A stretch of DNA of 64,000 nucleotides from Candidatus Babelota bacterium (GCA_023379005.1 JAMCTG010000002.1:14333-78332); one strand, 5' to 3'; shown: positions 42,889 through 53,593, counted from the stretch's first letter. Translations and numbers: made by a program. The notes: generated from the sequence alone by a model not told the origin.

Positions 42889-45831
42889 ATGCTGATTAAA
42901 ACAGATAAAGTTCTGTTAAGTTTATTAATATCTATCGTTACATGTTATGGCGGTGGAGTTGTACCAGTTGGTGCTGGAGGATATACCACAGTCTTACCTG
43001 CAGGCCAAAAAGGTCCATCTAATAGGTTAGGTAATCCCGTTACACCAAAAGTTACTGCAAGTTTTAATCAAGTTCCAATTACTCACAAAGATTGGTCATC
43101 ACTAATTTGGCAATGGGAACCGACAAACCCATATTCTGAAAATATATTTTTGCATCCTCTAGCATTTAGAGCAAGAGCAAATGGTTTGGGAGTTTGTTAT
43201 CCTAATTGGAATAGCGTTACGCCAATTACTTCAACTGCACCAAAAGGACATAGTCTGCAAGAATATCATTTTGAATATATTCAAGATATGGTAGTTGGGG
43301 TTGTTGGACTTAATTCTCCAGATACAAGAGTAGATTCATATACAGATTGGACTGTTACTGCTTTTTGGAGTGGAAATGCAAGAACGTTAAAAGCAACTAT
43401 AGGCCATGGATTACCTTTTGCATATTTTGAAATATCAGGCGATGCTGCTTTAATAACTGGTGCTGCAGTGCCAACAGTTTGGTCTAATGCAAATGGTGTT
43501 TTGGGAATTACAATTTCCGGAAAACATTATGGTGTTTTTGCTCCAGCAGGTTCTACTTGGACTGTCAGTGGAACAAATTTGCAATCTAGCTTGGCTGGTA
43601 AAAATTATTTCTCTATAGCAGTTCTTCCTGATAATACTGCAACTACCTTAGAATATTATCGCCAACATGCATATGCATTTGTAACAGATACAAAAGTAAG
43701 CTGGAATTATGATCAAAATAGTTCAAACGTTACAACAAATTTTAATGTTAACACAGTATTAAAAGAATCTGGCAATGGAAATGTAAATCAACCATTATTA
43801 GCACTTTATCGTCATCAATGGTTGAACACAACTGCAACATTGACAAACTATACTTATATAAGTCCTCGTGGGCAAATGAAAGTTTTAGATGGTTCATCAT
43901 TTTCAACTATATTGCAATATAATGGTGTTCTTCCTGAAATTCCGCTTGTTGCTAAAGATGGTGAAAATACATTTAGCCTTAGTCAATTATATGGGTATGT
44001 TGATGCAATTTATAAACAAACCCCAACTGCTCGCTGGAATAATATTGCACCAGGTTCTGGTGATACGTATTGGTTCGGAAAAGCAGCAGGAAGAGTTGCA
44101 AGATTAGTTCATATTGCTGATCAAGTGAATCATACGGCTGCAAGAGATTTATTTATTCAAGAAATAAAAAATCGTTTGCAAGAATGGTTAGATGGTGTTG
44201 GCTCAACTTTATATTATTACAACAATACATGGAAAACATTAATTGGTTATCCTGCTAGTTATGGTTCAGACACAGATTTAAATGATCATCATTTCCATTG
44301 GGGATATGCAATTATTGCAGCTTCGACAGTTGCTCAATTTGATCCTGCATGGGCATCATCTTCTCAATGGGGTGGTATGTTGGAACTGTTAGCAAAAGAT
44401 GTAAATAATTGGGATAGAACAGATACAAGATTTCCATTCTTGCGGTATCTGGACTGTTATGCCGGTCATAGTTATGCAAATGGATCAAGTTTATTCGGAG
44501 CAGGCAACAATGAAGAATCATCTTCTGAAGCTATGAATTGCGCAATCGGTATGATTCTACTTGGAGAAGCTACAGGAAATAATGCATTGCGCGATCTTGG
44601 TATTTATTATTATACAACTGAAATTAGTGCAATTGAGCAATATTGGTTTGATATAGACAATATTGTTTTTCCAACCAATTTTGCAAAACCAGTCGTAGGC
44701 ATGGTTTGGAGCAATGGCGGTGCTTATGCCATTTGGTGGGATGGATATGTTGAAGAACTTCATGGTATAAACTTCTTACCAATTACAGGCGGTTCAGTTT
44801 ATCTTGGAAGAAATCCTGATTATCTAAAAATAAATCAAGACTTTATGAATTCAAATCATGGTGGTAATGATTCATGGCGTGATATTCATATGGAAGTTCA
44901 AGCTCTTTATGATCCAGCTGGTGCAATAAATAAATTTAATACGATTCCATATACCATTGAAGCAGGAGAATCTAAAGCACACACTTATTATTGGATTCAT
45001 AATTTAAATGTTCTTGGAAGATTAAATAAAACAGTTACAGCAAATGTTCCTAGTTATAATGTGTTTACAAATAATAATGTGAAAACGTATGTTGCACATA
45101 ATTTTGGAACAAATCCAATTACTGTACAATTTTCTGATGGCGCTAAATTAAATGTTCCTGCAAGAGCTACTGCAACAGGCAATGGCACAGATGTTATAAT
45201 AACTCCAACAATAACTCCTCCACCGCCAGCACCAAATCCTGATAAGCCATTAGATTTTGTTATAGATTTTGTTGCAATTGATTCAGGAAAATTAGATGTT
45301 TCATTTGCTCCACTATGGTCAACAACTAATGTTGATTTGACATATGTTTATACAACTGGTGAAAAACATCGTGTAGATTTGATTAATAATAATAATGTTT
45401 GGCAAACAGAAATTTCAGGATTAAATGATGGCCAAATTGTTAAAGTATATTTTACATACGAAAAAGGTGGACAAGTTTTAACAACAGGTTGGATGCAAGT
45501 AAGATATGAATTACCATGCTCTCAATGCATTTGCCTGCCTTGTGAACCTTGCACGCCAACATCAGATGGACCATATCAACAAAATGTAACAACAATATCA
45601 CCAAATAAAATACGAATTAACTTTATTCCGAATATTGCTGCAAAATTTGTTGAAGTATATTATTCAGTCAATGGACAAGGAACGACAAGTCACTCAATGG
45701 TAAATACAAATGGCACTTGGTCATATCCAGTTTATGCAAGAACTGGTGATGATGTAAAATATCTCTTCTTCTATGAATTGATAGATGGAACAATTGCATA
45801 TACAACTTGGTTTGATTATTTGAGACAGTAA
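42889..45831 (+). CDS. glycoside hydrolase family 81 endo-beta-1,3-glucanase with two C-terminal CBM-like domains
   Basis: 980 aa; GGGAG SD; leader; GH81 signatures LNDHHFHWGYAIIAAS and NNEESSSEAMNCAIG; PPPPAP linker, then two beta-rich modules of about 95 aa separated by the Cys cluster LPCSQCICLPCEPC. Confidence 0.8.
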   Translation: MLIKTDKVLLSLLISIVTCYGGGVVPVGAGGYTTVLPAGQKGPSNRLGNPVTPKVTASFNQVPITHKDWSSLIWQWEPTNPYSENIFLHPLAFRARANGLGVCYPNWNSVTPITSTAPKGHSLQEYHFEYIQDMVVGVVGLNSPDTRVDSYTDWTVTAFWSGNARTLKATIGHGLPFAYFEISGDAALITGAAVPTVWSNANGVLGITISGKHYGVFAPAGSTWTVSGTNLQSSLAGKNYFSIAVLPDNTATTLEYYRQHAYAFVTDTKVSWNYDQNSSNVTTNFNVNTVLKESGNGNVNQPLLALYRHQWLNTTATLTNYTYISPRGQMKVLDGSSFSTILQYNGVLPEIPLVAKDGENTFSLSQLYGYVDAIYKQTPTARWNNIAPGSGDTYWFGKAAGRVARLVHIADQVNHTAARDLFIQEIKNRLQEWLDGVGSTLYYYNNTWKTLIGYPASYGSDTDLNDHHFHWGYAIIAASTVAQFDPAWASSSQWGGMLELLAKDVNNWDRTDTRFPFLRYLDCYAGHSYANGSSLFGAGNNEESSSEAMNCAIGMILLGEATGNNALRDLGIYYYTTEISAIEQYWFDIDNIVFPTNFAKPVVGMVWSNGGAYAIWWDGYVEELHGINFLPITGGSVYLGRNPDYLKINQDFMNSNHGGNDSWRDIHMEVQALYDPAGAINKFNTIPYTIEAGESKAHTYYWIHNLNVLGRLNKTVTANVPSYNVFTNNNVKTYVAHNFGTNPITVQFSDGAKLNVPARATATGNGTDVIITPTITPPPPAPNPDKPLDFVIDFVAIDSGKLDVSFAPLWSTTNVDLTYVYTTGEKHRVDLINNNNVWQTEISGLNDGQIVKVYFTYEKGGQVLTTGWMQVRYELPCSQCICLPCEPCTPTSDGPYQQNVTTISPNKIRINFIPNIAAKFVEVYYSVNGQGTTSHSMVNTNGTWSYPVYARTGDDVKYLFFYELIDGTIAYTTWFDYLRQ

Positions 45832-45845
45832 CATAACTTAAAAAA

Positions 45846-45881
45846 GAGGCCCGTCATTTTATTTAAAAAATGACGGGCCTC
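45846..45881. terminator. bidirectional intrinsic terminator
   Basis: gaggcccgtcatttt / aaaatgacgggcctc: 15-bp stem, flanked by aaaaa on the left and ttttt on the right; lies between convergent genes. Confidence 0.8.
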
Positions 45882-45884
45882 TTT

Positions 45885-46085
45885 TTACATTTGCTCTTCG
45901 TATTTTTGTTGATTTTTTTGAGCTTCATCTATTTCTTTTTGTGTTCTGTGTACTGAGCCCTCAGGAACCTTTCCATCAGCGATATATTCTGCAGTTGGAA
46001 TCTCCCCTGTGGAATTATTCGTTTGATACATCGCCATTAAATTCGCAGAAACAATCAATGAAATTATTAATAATAACTTCTTCAT
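45885..46085 (-). CDS. small exported hypothetical protein
   Basis: 66 aa; AAAGGAG SD; leader MKKLLLIISLIVSANLMA/M. Confidence 0.45.
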   Translation of the reverse strand: MKKLLLIISLIVSANLMAMYQTNNSTGEIPTAEYIADGKVPEGSVHRTQKEIDEAQKNQQKYEEQM

Positions 46086-46223
46086 ATTTTCTCCTTTATT
46101 TTACACTATTATACTACTTTTTACCCTATCAAATCCGATGAGTATTTGTCAATGGTTAGGTCCATTTGGAGCATGTATCAGTGTATTTTAGTCAAAATAT
46201 GAAATTACACAAAACTTACTTCT

Positions 46224-47309
46224 TTATTGAATTCTTAACGGTTTAAGTTTCGCAAAATCTTTATTCAAAAATGCTCTGATTAATTCTATACAACTTAGTT
46301 CACCAAAAAGTTCATTATGATCAACACCAGGCACTTTTAGATAATAAACTTCATTGCCTAATTTCGCATGTTCCAATGCCCAATTTTCAGATTCTTCATG
46401 TGGAATAATACGATCTTTTGAACCATGAACAATTAATATTGGCTTATTTAATTTCACAACTGCGGGAATTTCCGTATTTAATTCAATGCGATCTGCTGAA
46501 ATTGAATTTGCAGATTTGATAGATGAAGACATCAACCATTGCGGGAATCTTATTCCAAAGCCCGAAGACTGAACTGATGAAACTTCTGCTACATGGCTGA
46601 CAGTAGCTGGAGGATTAATAAATGGACATAACATAATAAACCCATCTGCAGGTTTTTGGTCTTTTTTAAATTTGCTCATCAAACGTGCAACAATTCCGCC
46701 GCCTCGTGAACCTCCTAAAAGATACACGTCCATTTTGTTACTAGGATCGAGTCTTTTCAATTGTTGTGTTGCAATAAAATATTGATATGCTGCCATAACT
46801 AATTCAAGTTCAGTGCCTATATTCAATGCCTTATCATGGTGATCATAAAAATCTGGCACAAATGATGCTGCGTTGCTATCGAGATGTTTAATATATTGTT
46901 CAAAATTGTAACCAGTATCTCCCAAGCCATGAAAGGCGATAATGACTTTGTTACCTGCACATGAAAGTTTACATGCATTATTTGCTATAAAAACATATTT
47001 AATAATTTTAAGAATTTGTTTTTTTTGTTTTTCGTTTGTAATAAAGGAATTAAATACATTTTTCAAATCTGGTGATAAAAAACTTTTGTCTTTAGGTTTT
47101 TCTACATATTTATATATGTCTGGTAAAAGGTCAGGATAACCTTCATTGAAACATCTGTGCAAAATAGGCGCAAGTACTGAAAAGGCATCATCATATTTGG
47201 TGCCCAATTTTTCAAATGGCCAAACGTTATCAAAATCAGTTTGGAAATTGTCCATGGAGTGAAGACCTACAAATATGCATGACAATAATAATATTTTTGA
47301 AAGATTCAT
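46224..47309 (-). CDS. exported alpha/beta-fold serine hydrolase
   Basis: Start set at MNLSKILLL (47309) with AAGAGGT 4 nt upstream; nucleophile elbow GGSRGGG, VHGSKDRIIP and VDHNE as candidate Asp/His triad positions. Confidence 0.6.
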   Translation of the reverse strand: MNLSKILLLSCIFVGLHSMDNFQTDFDNVWPFEKLGTKYDDAFSVLAPILHRCFNEGYPDLLPDIYKYVEKPKDKSFLSPDLKNVFNSFITNEKQKKQILKIIKYVFIANNACKLSCAGNKVIIAFHGLGDTGYNFEQYIKHLDSNAASFVPDFYDHHDKALNIGTELELVMAAYQYFIATQQLKRLDPSNKMDVYLLGGSRGGGIVARLMSKFKKDQKPADGFIMLCPFINPPATVSHVAEVSSVQSSGFGIRFPQWLMSSSIKSANSISADRIELNTEIPAVVKLNKPILIVHGSKDRIIPHEESENWALEHAKLGNEVYYLKVPGVDHNELFGELSCIELIRAFLNKDFAKLKPLRIQ

Positions 47310-47506
47310 TTTTACCTCTTTATGGTTTTTTGAGCCCATTTTTACTCATATTTTTTATATTATACTAAATCCCAAAAATGTCGATTTCCATTTCCATTTA
47401 CCCTGATATAATCATCATTTTAGGCTGAATATTGCTTTATTAGCTCGATTATTGCTATATTATATTTAAATAGAATTAATTTAAATAATTAGATAAAGGA
47501 TATAGT

Positions 47507-48328
47507 ATGAAATTCAATTTAAGATATTTATTATTAGGAATATTTTTACTAATAAGTAATATTGTTGCAATGGCGCCAGCTGAAGAAAGTTATATACCAA
47601 ATGCTACATATTTTGTTCGCATACAACGTCACCTTAGCGACAATTCCTGCTTAAGAGGGCCATATGCATATTGGCATGAACCAACTTATGGTTATAAAGG
47701 AGGTATATCAATTACAGGTACAATTACAGACTGCTTTAAATATCCAGAATTGTTTACCCAAGAAATGAGAAATGCTTTATTTAAAGACCAAAATTTAACA
47801 TTCGTTAGTTTTCTCGATGCAAATAAAAAAGTGTTATCTACTTTAAAAATAATTTCAAAGCCATCGACCTTCAATTTTACACAATTTGATGATGCCGTTG
47901 TTAAACTACTCGATCCAAATTCTAAAGTAAAAATAATAAAAGCTGAGATCCGTTTGGCAAGTTCAGGATATCCAAAAATATGGGCGATAAACTTTTATGA
48001 TAAATATAATGATCCATTACTTGGAAAATGGCAAATACAGGAAAAAAGCAGTTATGAAACTTTGACAGGTAAAAAATTTGTAGAGATGGTAGATAGATTA
48101 AAAGAATATTTTGATATCAGTGGCATCGATTCTGAAGCTGTAAAAGCAGAATTTAACTCATGGCGCTTATCTTTTACTGATGAAGATTTAAAAGCTTTAA
48201 ATGAATTAATAGAAGGTTCAAGAAAAGAAGTGCCAACTCCAGGAATTTCAGCCGATTTGCAAGCCGCAATTAAAAGATTACAAGAAGGTTTAAAAGCTAT
48301 GGTAACAGTAGTTGAAAAGGTAAAATAA
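47507..48328 (+). CDS. exported hypothetical protein
   Basis: 273 aa; AAGGA SD; leader ...LISNIVA/M; no recognisable family. Confidence 0.45.
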   Translation: MKFNLRYLLLGIFLLISNIVAMAPAEESYIPNATYFVRIQRHLSDNSCLRGPYAYWHEPTYGYKGGISITGTITDCFKYPELFTQEMRNALFKDQNLTFVSFLDANKKVLSTLKIISKPSTFNFTQFDDAVVKLLDPNSKVKIIKAEIRLASSGYPKIWAINFYDKYNDPLLGKWQIQEKSSYETLTGKKFVEMVDRLKEYFDISGIDSEAVKAEFNSWRLSFTDEDLKALNELIEGSRKEVPTPGISADLQAAIKRLQEGLKAMVTVVEKVK

Positions 48329-48361
48329 AAAAATCTAAATTTAAACAAAAAAAGGACGAAA

Positions 48362-49057
48362 ATGAATATAAAGAATTTTTTACTTATGAGTATGATATTA
48401 ACACAATTTAGTATTAAATCCGTATCTACACTACATGATTTGGCAGTCGCAATAGTTGGAAAGGATATTGATACAGTAAGACAAATATTGGATGACGGAT
48501 TTGATGTCAATTCTCAAAATGAAATTTCTGGTGATACACCAATCATTTTAACCATAAATGAGTTTAATGCTGCTAAAGCATTTGTCAATCGAGTAGAAAT
48601 AGAAAATTTTTATAAAGAAATTATAAAACTTTTACTTGATCGAGGCGCTGATCCTACGATAAAAAATCGTTATTACCAATCCGCAATTGATCTTGCAAAA
48701 AAGACACAAAATCAAGAATTAATAAAATTGATTGAAGAAGGTTCAAAGCTGCAACGACAAAAAAGAATTGCTGAGCAAAAGTCTAAAGAAATTTTTGACG
48801 CAATAGAAATATCAGATATAAATGCAATCAAAAAATTAGGAGAAAAGGTTTCATTTATTTATGTAAAAGATGAAAAAGGAAACAATCCTCTGCATAAAGC
48901 TGTATCTAAAGGAAATGAAGAAATAGTTGGTTTAATTTTAAAAATTCAGCCACAATTGGCAAGAATACCAAATAATCGAGGAGAAACTCCTATTGATCTT
49001 GCTGCAAATAGACCTAAGATTCTTGAAACACTGATCAAATTAGGTTATAAAAAATAA
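48362..49057 (+). CDS. ankyrin-repeat protein
   Basis: 231 aa; AAGGA SD; ANK repeats (GDTPIILTI..., QSAIDLAKKTQNQELIKLI, GNNPLHKAVSKGNEEIVGLILK, GETPIDLAA). Confidence 0.75.
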   Translation: MNIKNFLLMSMILTQFSIKSVSTLHDLAVAIVGKDIDTVRQILDDGFDVNSQNEISGDTPIILTINEFNAAKAFVNRVEIENFYKEIIKLLLDRGADPTIKNRYYQSAIDLAKKTQNQELIKLIEEGSKLQRQKRIAEQKSKEIFDAIEISDINAIKKLGEKVSFIYVKDEKGNNPLHKAVSKGNEEIVGLILKIQPQLARIPNNRGETPIDLAANRPKILETLIKLGYKK

Positions 49058-49074
49058 AATTATCAATAAGTTAA

Positions 49075-49105
49075 AAAAAGAGCCGGATTTTTTTTGGCTC
49101 TTTTT
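49075..49105. terminator. bidirectional terminator candidate
   Basis: aaaaagagcc / ggctcttttt with an 11-nt loop; A-run on the left and T-run on the right; between convergent genes. Confidence 0.45.
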
Positions 49106-49150
49106 TTATTTATAACAAACTTATCTTTGTACTGTTCGCCTACGAAGCTT

Positions 49151-49387
49151 TTATCTGCAATTATTGGTATCAGCTCTTTGTACTCTATTAAATTTTGCTG
49201 ACCTTGTACGACGTATTCTACGGCTTCCATCAGGCAATCCTTGATATGGGTCTGCGCCTACATAAACAGGATTTGAGGGATTATAATTAATAGCATTTGT
49301 TACTGTGCCTCCGATAGGAACTCCATAAGGTTGGGCTACTAAATTTACATATGTAATTACTAAGGATATTAATAACATTTTTTTCAT
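49151..49387 (-). CDS. small exported hypothetical protein
   Basis: 78 aa; AAGGAAG SD; leader MKKMLLISLVITYVNLVA/Q. Confidence 0.4.
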   Translation of the reverse strand: MKKMLLISLVITYVNLVAQPYGVPIGGTVTNAINYNPSNPVYVGADPYQGLPDGSRRIRRTRSAKFNRVQRADTNNCR

Positions 49388-49497
49388 ATATTCTTCCTTT
49401 ATATTACTTTTATCTTATTAAACTTTATGTCTATTTGTAAATGATTGCAGTAAATTTAATAAAGATAAATAAAAAAAGAAGGCTAGATAAATATCTT

Positions 49498-52062
49498 TCA
49501 AGTTATAATAAACTTATCTTTTTCTAAATCAACACTGATTTGTTTTACATCAGGATTTTTTAAAATATGCTGTGCAATTGGTGTCGAAATGTAATGGTAA
49601 ATTGCTCTTTTAAGAGGCCTTGCACCAAATTCTTTTTCATAACCAAGCTCGGCAATTTTTTGTATAGCAACGTCAGAAATTTTGAAAGTAATATTTTTTT
49701 CAGATAATCTTTTGCCGAGTTCGTCTAATTGAATTTTAGCAATTTTTACAACATCCTTTTCTTCTAAGGATCTAAAGAAGACAACAGAATCTATTCTATT
49801 TAAAAATTCTGGTCTAAAGGTTTTTCTTAAAATTTCTTCAATTTGTGTTTTAACTTTATCATTTATTTCTTTTGCTTCTAAAATAATGTGCGAACCAATA
49901 TTAGAAGTCATTATTATCACACAATTTTTAAAAGAAACTGTACGTCCTTGGCCATCAGTCAAATGACCTTCATCAAGAATTTGTAAGAATATATTAAATA
50001 CATCTGGATGAGCTTTTTCTATTTCATCAAATAAAACTACGCTGTATGGATGTCTTCTTACTTGTTCAGTTAATTGGCCACCTTCTTCAAAACCAACATA
50101 ACCTGGAGGTGCACCAATTAATCTTGCAACCGCATGTTTTTCCATATATTCAGACATATCAATTCTGATCATTTTATTAGGATCATCGAATAAAAAGTCT
50201 GCTAATGTTTTTGCAACTTCTGTTTTTCCGACACCAGTTGGTCCTAAAAATAAAAATGAACCTATTGGTTTATTTGGTTCAGTAAGTCCTGCACGGTGCA
50301 TTTGAATTGCATTCGAAATTGCTTCTATTGCTTCATTTTGACCAATAACACGCTCTTTTAAAATGGCAGCCATGTTAATAATTTTTTGTTTTTCACTTGC
50401 TTCTAATTTTGAAACCGGAATTCCAGTCCAACGGGAAAGAACAATGGCAATGTCATGCTCAGTTACTTCTTCTTTGATTAAAGAATTTTTTACTCTCGTA
50501 AATTTCTTTTCTTCTTTTTCTAGATCTTGTTCTAACTTTACAAGCTTGCCATATTTAATTTCTGAAGCTTTTGCATAATCACCTTCGCGTTCTGCTTTTT
50601 GAAATTGATATTGAGCTTTTTCTATTTCTTCTTTTAACTTTTTAATATTTTCCAAAGGCGCTTTTTCTGCTTTCCAATGACTTAATAAAGTTTGATGTTT
50701 TTCTTTTATTGTTGCTAACTCTTTTTCTAATTCAGCTAACCGTTTTTTTGCAGCTTCGTTATCTTTTTCTTTTTGCAGTGCAACTTTTTCAATCTCTAAT
50801 TGTCTGATTTTTCTATCTAGTCTGTCAATTTCTTCCGGCTGAGAATCTAGACGCATTTTTACCATTGCAGCAGCTTCGTCAATTAAATCAATTGCTTTGT
50901 CTGGCAAGAATCTGTCAGGAATATTTTTTGCCGAAAGAATAACTGCATCAACTAACGCTTGGTCTTTAATTTTAATTCCATGGTGCATTTCATAACGTTC
51001 TTTAAGGCCACGCAAAATTGAAATTGCATCTTCGATTGTTGGTTCTTCTACCAAAACTTTTTGGAATCTTCTTTCAAGCGCTGCATCTTTTTCTATATAT
51101 TTTTTATATTCATTTAAAGTTGTTGCACCAATGCAGTGTAGTTCGCCACGCGCAAGTGCAGGCTTTAATAAATTTGATGCATCCATACCGCCTGTTCCCG
51201 AAGCTCCAGCGCCTACAAGCATATGAAGTTCATCAATAAATAAAATTATTTGGTCCTGGCTTTCTTGGACTTCTTTTAAAACACCTTTTAGTCTTTCTTC
51301 AAATTCACCTTGGTATTTTGCCCCGGCAATTAAAAGCCCTAAATCCAAAGCATAAATAGTGCTGCCCTTTAAACTTTCAGGTACATCATTGTTTATAATT
51401 CTTTGGGCAATTCCTTCTACAATTGCAGTTTTACCAACTCCGGGTTCACCAATTAAAACAGGATTATTTTTTGTTCTACGAGACAAAATTTGAATTACTC
51501 TGCGAATTTCTTCGTGTCTTCCAATGACTGGGTCTAATTTACCTTCGCGAGCTTGTTGAGTAATATTTTGGCAATATTTTTCTAAAATTTGATATTGTTT
51601 TTCAGCGCCTTTTTCAGATGCTGTTTTACCTTTTCGCAAAGTTTGCATATGTGCCAAAATATTTTTTTTAGTAAAAGCTGACGCTTTTAGAAATTTATTT
51701 ATGCTTTCTGGTAATCCAATACCATCACTAAAGCTTAATAAAAAATGTTCAAGAGTAATATAAGTATCATTTAAAGACTTAGCTTCTTTTTCACAATTTT
51801 CTAAAAAAGATTGCAATGTTGAATCAACTACAAGTTTTGCACCTTCGACACGCGCCAATTTTTGCAGTTCTTGATCAGACAAATCTTTTAATTGTGAAAT
51901 ATCAATATTTAAAAGTTTATAAACTGAGATACAAAAAGCATCTTCAAGTGATTGTCTAAAAATGTGTAATGGTGTTAAAGTAGGACTTTTAAGTTTTGTA
52001 GCCAAATTGATTGAACTATTAATTAGCTCTTGGCTCCAAGTTGTAAAATTTTCAAAATTCAT
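49498..52062 (-). CDS. clpB: ATP-dependent disaggregase ClpB
   Basis: 854 aa; two AAA+ modules ([16 protein letters not shown]), long coiled-coil middle domain, Clp N-domain. Confidence 0.93.
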   Translation of the reverse strand: MNFENFTTWSQELINSSINLATKLKSPTLTPLHIFRQSLEDAFCISVYKLLNIDISQLKDLSDQELQKLARVEGAKLVVDSTLQSFLENCEKEAKSLNDTYITLEHFLLSFSDGIGLPESINKFLKASAFTKKNILAHMQTLRKGKTASEKGAEKQYQILEKYCQNITQQAREGKLDPVIGRHEEIRRVIQILSRRTKNNPVLIGEPGVGKTAIVEGIAQRIINNDVPESLKGSTIYALDLGLLIAGAKYQGEFEERLKGVLKEVQESQDQIILFIDELHMLVGAGASGTGGMDASNLLKPALARGELHCIGATTLNEYKKYIEKDAALERRFQKVLVEEPTIEDAISILRGLKERYEMHHGIKIKDQALVDAVILSAKNIPDRFLPDKAIDLIDEAAAMVKMRLDSQPEEIDRLDRKIRQLEIEKVALQKEKDNEAAKKRLAELEKELATIKEKHQTLLSHWKAEKAPLENIKKLKEEIEKAQYQFQKAEREGDYAKASEIKYGKLVKLEQDLEKEEKKFTRVKNSLIKEEVTEHDIAIVLSRWTGIPVSKLEASEKQKIINMAAILKERVIGQNEAIEAISNAIQMHRAGLTEPNKPIGSFLFLGPTGVGKTEVAKTLADFLFDDPNKMIRIDMSEYMEKHAVARLIGAPPGYVGFEEGGQLTEQVRRHPYSVVLFDEIEKAHPDVFNIFLQILDEGHLTDGQGRTVSFKNCVIIMTSNIGSHIILEAKEINDKVKTQIEEILRKTFRPEFLNRIDSVVFFRSLEEKDVVKIAKIQLDELGKRLSEKNITFKISDVAIQKIAELGYEKEFGARPLKRAIYHYISTPIAQHILKNPDVKQISVDLEKDKFIIT

Positions 52063-52110
52063 AAAATTACTCTACAAAAAATTTTTTATTTTTTTTATCA
52101 AATCTAAATT

Positions 52111-52168
52111 AAGGGGCCCCCAATTTTTTGTTAGGGGTCCCCAAATTTATATTTAAGTAAATTTGGGG
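52111..52168. promoter_or_regulatory. G4/C4 palindrome pair plus an 11-bp stem hairpin upstream of clpB
   Basis: TTAAGGGGCCCCCAATT (centre about 52117) and TTAGGGGTCCCCAAATT (centre about 52138), 21 nt apart; ccccaaattta (52139-52149) pairs with taaatttgggg (52158-52168); lies in the 111-nt spacer between the upstream gene's stop and the clpB start. Confidence 0.4.
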
Positions 52169-52173
52169 CTTGA

Positions 52174-53529
52174 TTATAATGCTAATACATTTTCTATATG
52201 TGTAAAGTTAGAATTTAATTTTGATAAATATTCAGACAATCCGTCAACAGAATCAGGATTTACCGGCATAGCATTTGCATCACGTTTTAATTTTGCAAGT
52301 GCTGCCAAAGTGCTGGAAATTTTAAATTTCAGTCTTTCCATTTCTTGTCTAACAGAATCACTTGCCGTTGAATTGTTACCAAGAGCTACTCGTAATCGAT
52401 TTAGTTCATCTTGAAGTTTTTTGATTTCTTTTTGATATTCAACTTTTGTTTTTTCAACCGCATCTTTTACATTTTGGCCATCTGTGATGCGTTTTAGTTC
52501 TATTGCAAGTTCTCTTTCTCTTACAGTTAATTGATGTCTTTGTCTTTCAAGATCTGCTTGTTGATTTGCAAGTGTCTGTGCTTTATTTTTTTCTTTTTGC
52601 AATTTTGCCTGAACCTTTTTGCGTTCATTTTCAATTTGAGCTTCTTTTTCTTTTATTTGAATATCTAACCATTTTTGTTTTTGTTCATGTTCAATTTTTT
52701 CTTTTTTCTCAACTTCATAACGCTGCCAGCAAAGAATATTTTTTAAAGTATACTCAAGTGCTGAAATAACCCAACTTGAATCTTGGCTTGTAAATATTCC
52801 GTAATTAATTGTTTGGTTAGATAAATTTTTTAATTGCTGAAGTTCATTTGATAAATTGTTACAATAGTCTACAAATGGGAATAATGAATTTTGTTTCAAT
52901 TTAATTAAAGCCTCTAATTCCTGATAATAATTAGCGCTATTGCTATTTGCCAACCCTATTTCTTGATCGTACTTTATTTTAAGCTGCCTAATTAATATTT
53001 CAAATTCAAATGCATATTTTCCAACATTTAAAAATTTTTCATAATTTACCAAATCATTTTTAAGTTGTTTTAAATTACTTAACAATTGTTGGTCTATATT
53101 GTTTTTGAACTTTAACTGAATCTTACCTTCATATTCGCAAACAAATCTAATATCGGTTAGCAAGTCTTGACAAGTTTGCTTAACAGTTTGATTTTTAGTT
53201 TGGATGATTGCGATAAATGCTTTAAATTTATCTTGATTCATATCAGATACTTTTAAAAATGAAAATTCTAACATGTATTTTTTATTTAAATTTTCTATGT
53301 CAATTTTAAGGTTTACCAAAAACTTTTCATCAGAGATAATTTTTTCTAGTTTATCGATCTCTTTTGCTTTGCGATTTTTATTGTATCGTTCATAAAATGC
53401 CCAGCATGTTGTACCAATGGTTGTAAGTGCGGCTAAGCCAAATAAAGCATCTTTAGTTTCTGATGTTTTAATTATTGACGGACAAATAGTAAGAGAAGTT
53501 AAGAATAATATTTTAGAATTAAATTTCAT
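52174..53529 (-). CDS. membrane-anchored long coiled-coil protein
   Basis: Start set at MKFNSKILFL (53529), AAGGA SD; two N-terminal hydrophobic segments, then about 400 aa rich in K/E/Q heptad-like sequence (EKKEKIEHEQKQKWLDIQIKEKEAQIENERKKVQAKLQKEKNKAQ...). Confidence 0.5.
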   Translation of the reverse strand: MKFNSKILFLTSLTICPSIIKTSETKDALFGLAALTTIGTTCWAFYERYNKNRKAKEIDKLEKIISDEKFLVNLKIDIENLNKKYMLEFSFLKVSDMNQDKFKAFIAIIQTKNQTVKQTCQDLLTDIRFVCEYEGKIQLKFKNNIDQQLLSNLKQLKNDLVNYEKFLNVGKYAFEFEILIRQLKIKYDQEIGLANSNSANYYQELEALIKLKQNSLFPFVDYCNNLSNELQQLKNLSNQTINYGIFTSQDSSWVISALEYTLKNILCWQRYEVEKKEKIEHEQKQKWLDIQIKEKEAQIENERKKVQAKLQKEKNKAQTLANQQADLERQRHQLTVRERELAIELKRITDGQNVKDAVEKTKVEYQKEIKKLQDELNRLRVALGNNSTASDSVRQEMERLKFKISSTLAALAKLKRDANAMPVNPDSVDGLSEYLSKLNSNFTHIENVLAL

Positions 53530-53593
53530 AAATATCCTTTTGTAGTAATACAAAATATATTATGAACAAAAATATTTTTTTATCAAAAGGGTA

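Noticed and set aside
48052-48510. 152-aa minus-strand ORF spanning the junction of two plus-strand genes
   Set aside because: It crosses the SD and start of the ANK gene at 48362 and the 3' end of 47507-48328. It has no start signals and a low-complexity product.
52139-52168. The 11-bp stem hairpin as the intrinsic terminator of the coiled-coil gene
   Set aside because: No U-run follows on either strand (ACCCCUAAC on the minus strand, CUUGAUU on the plus strand). It is treated as part of a regulatory or structured element instead.
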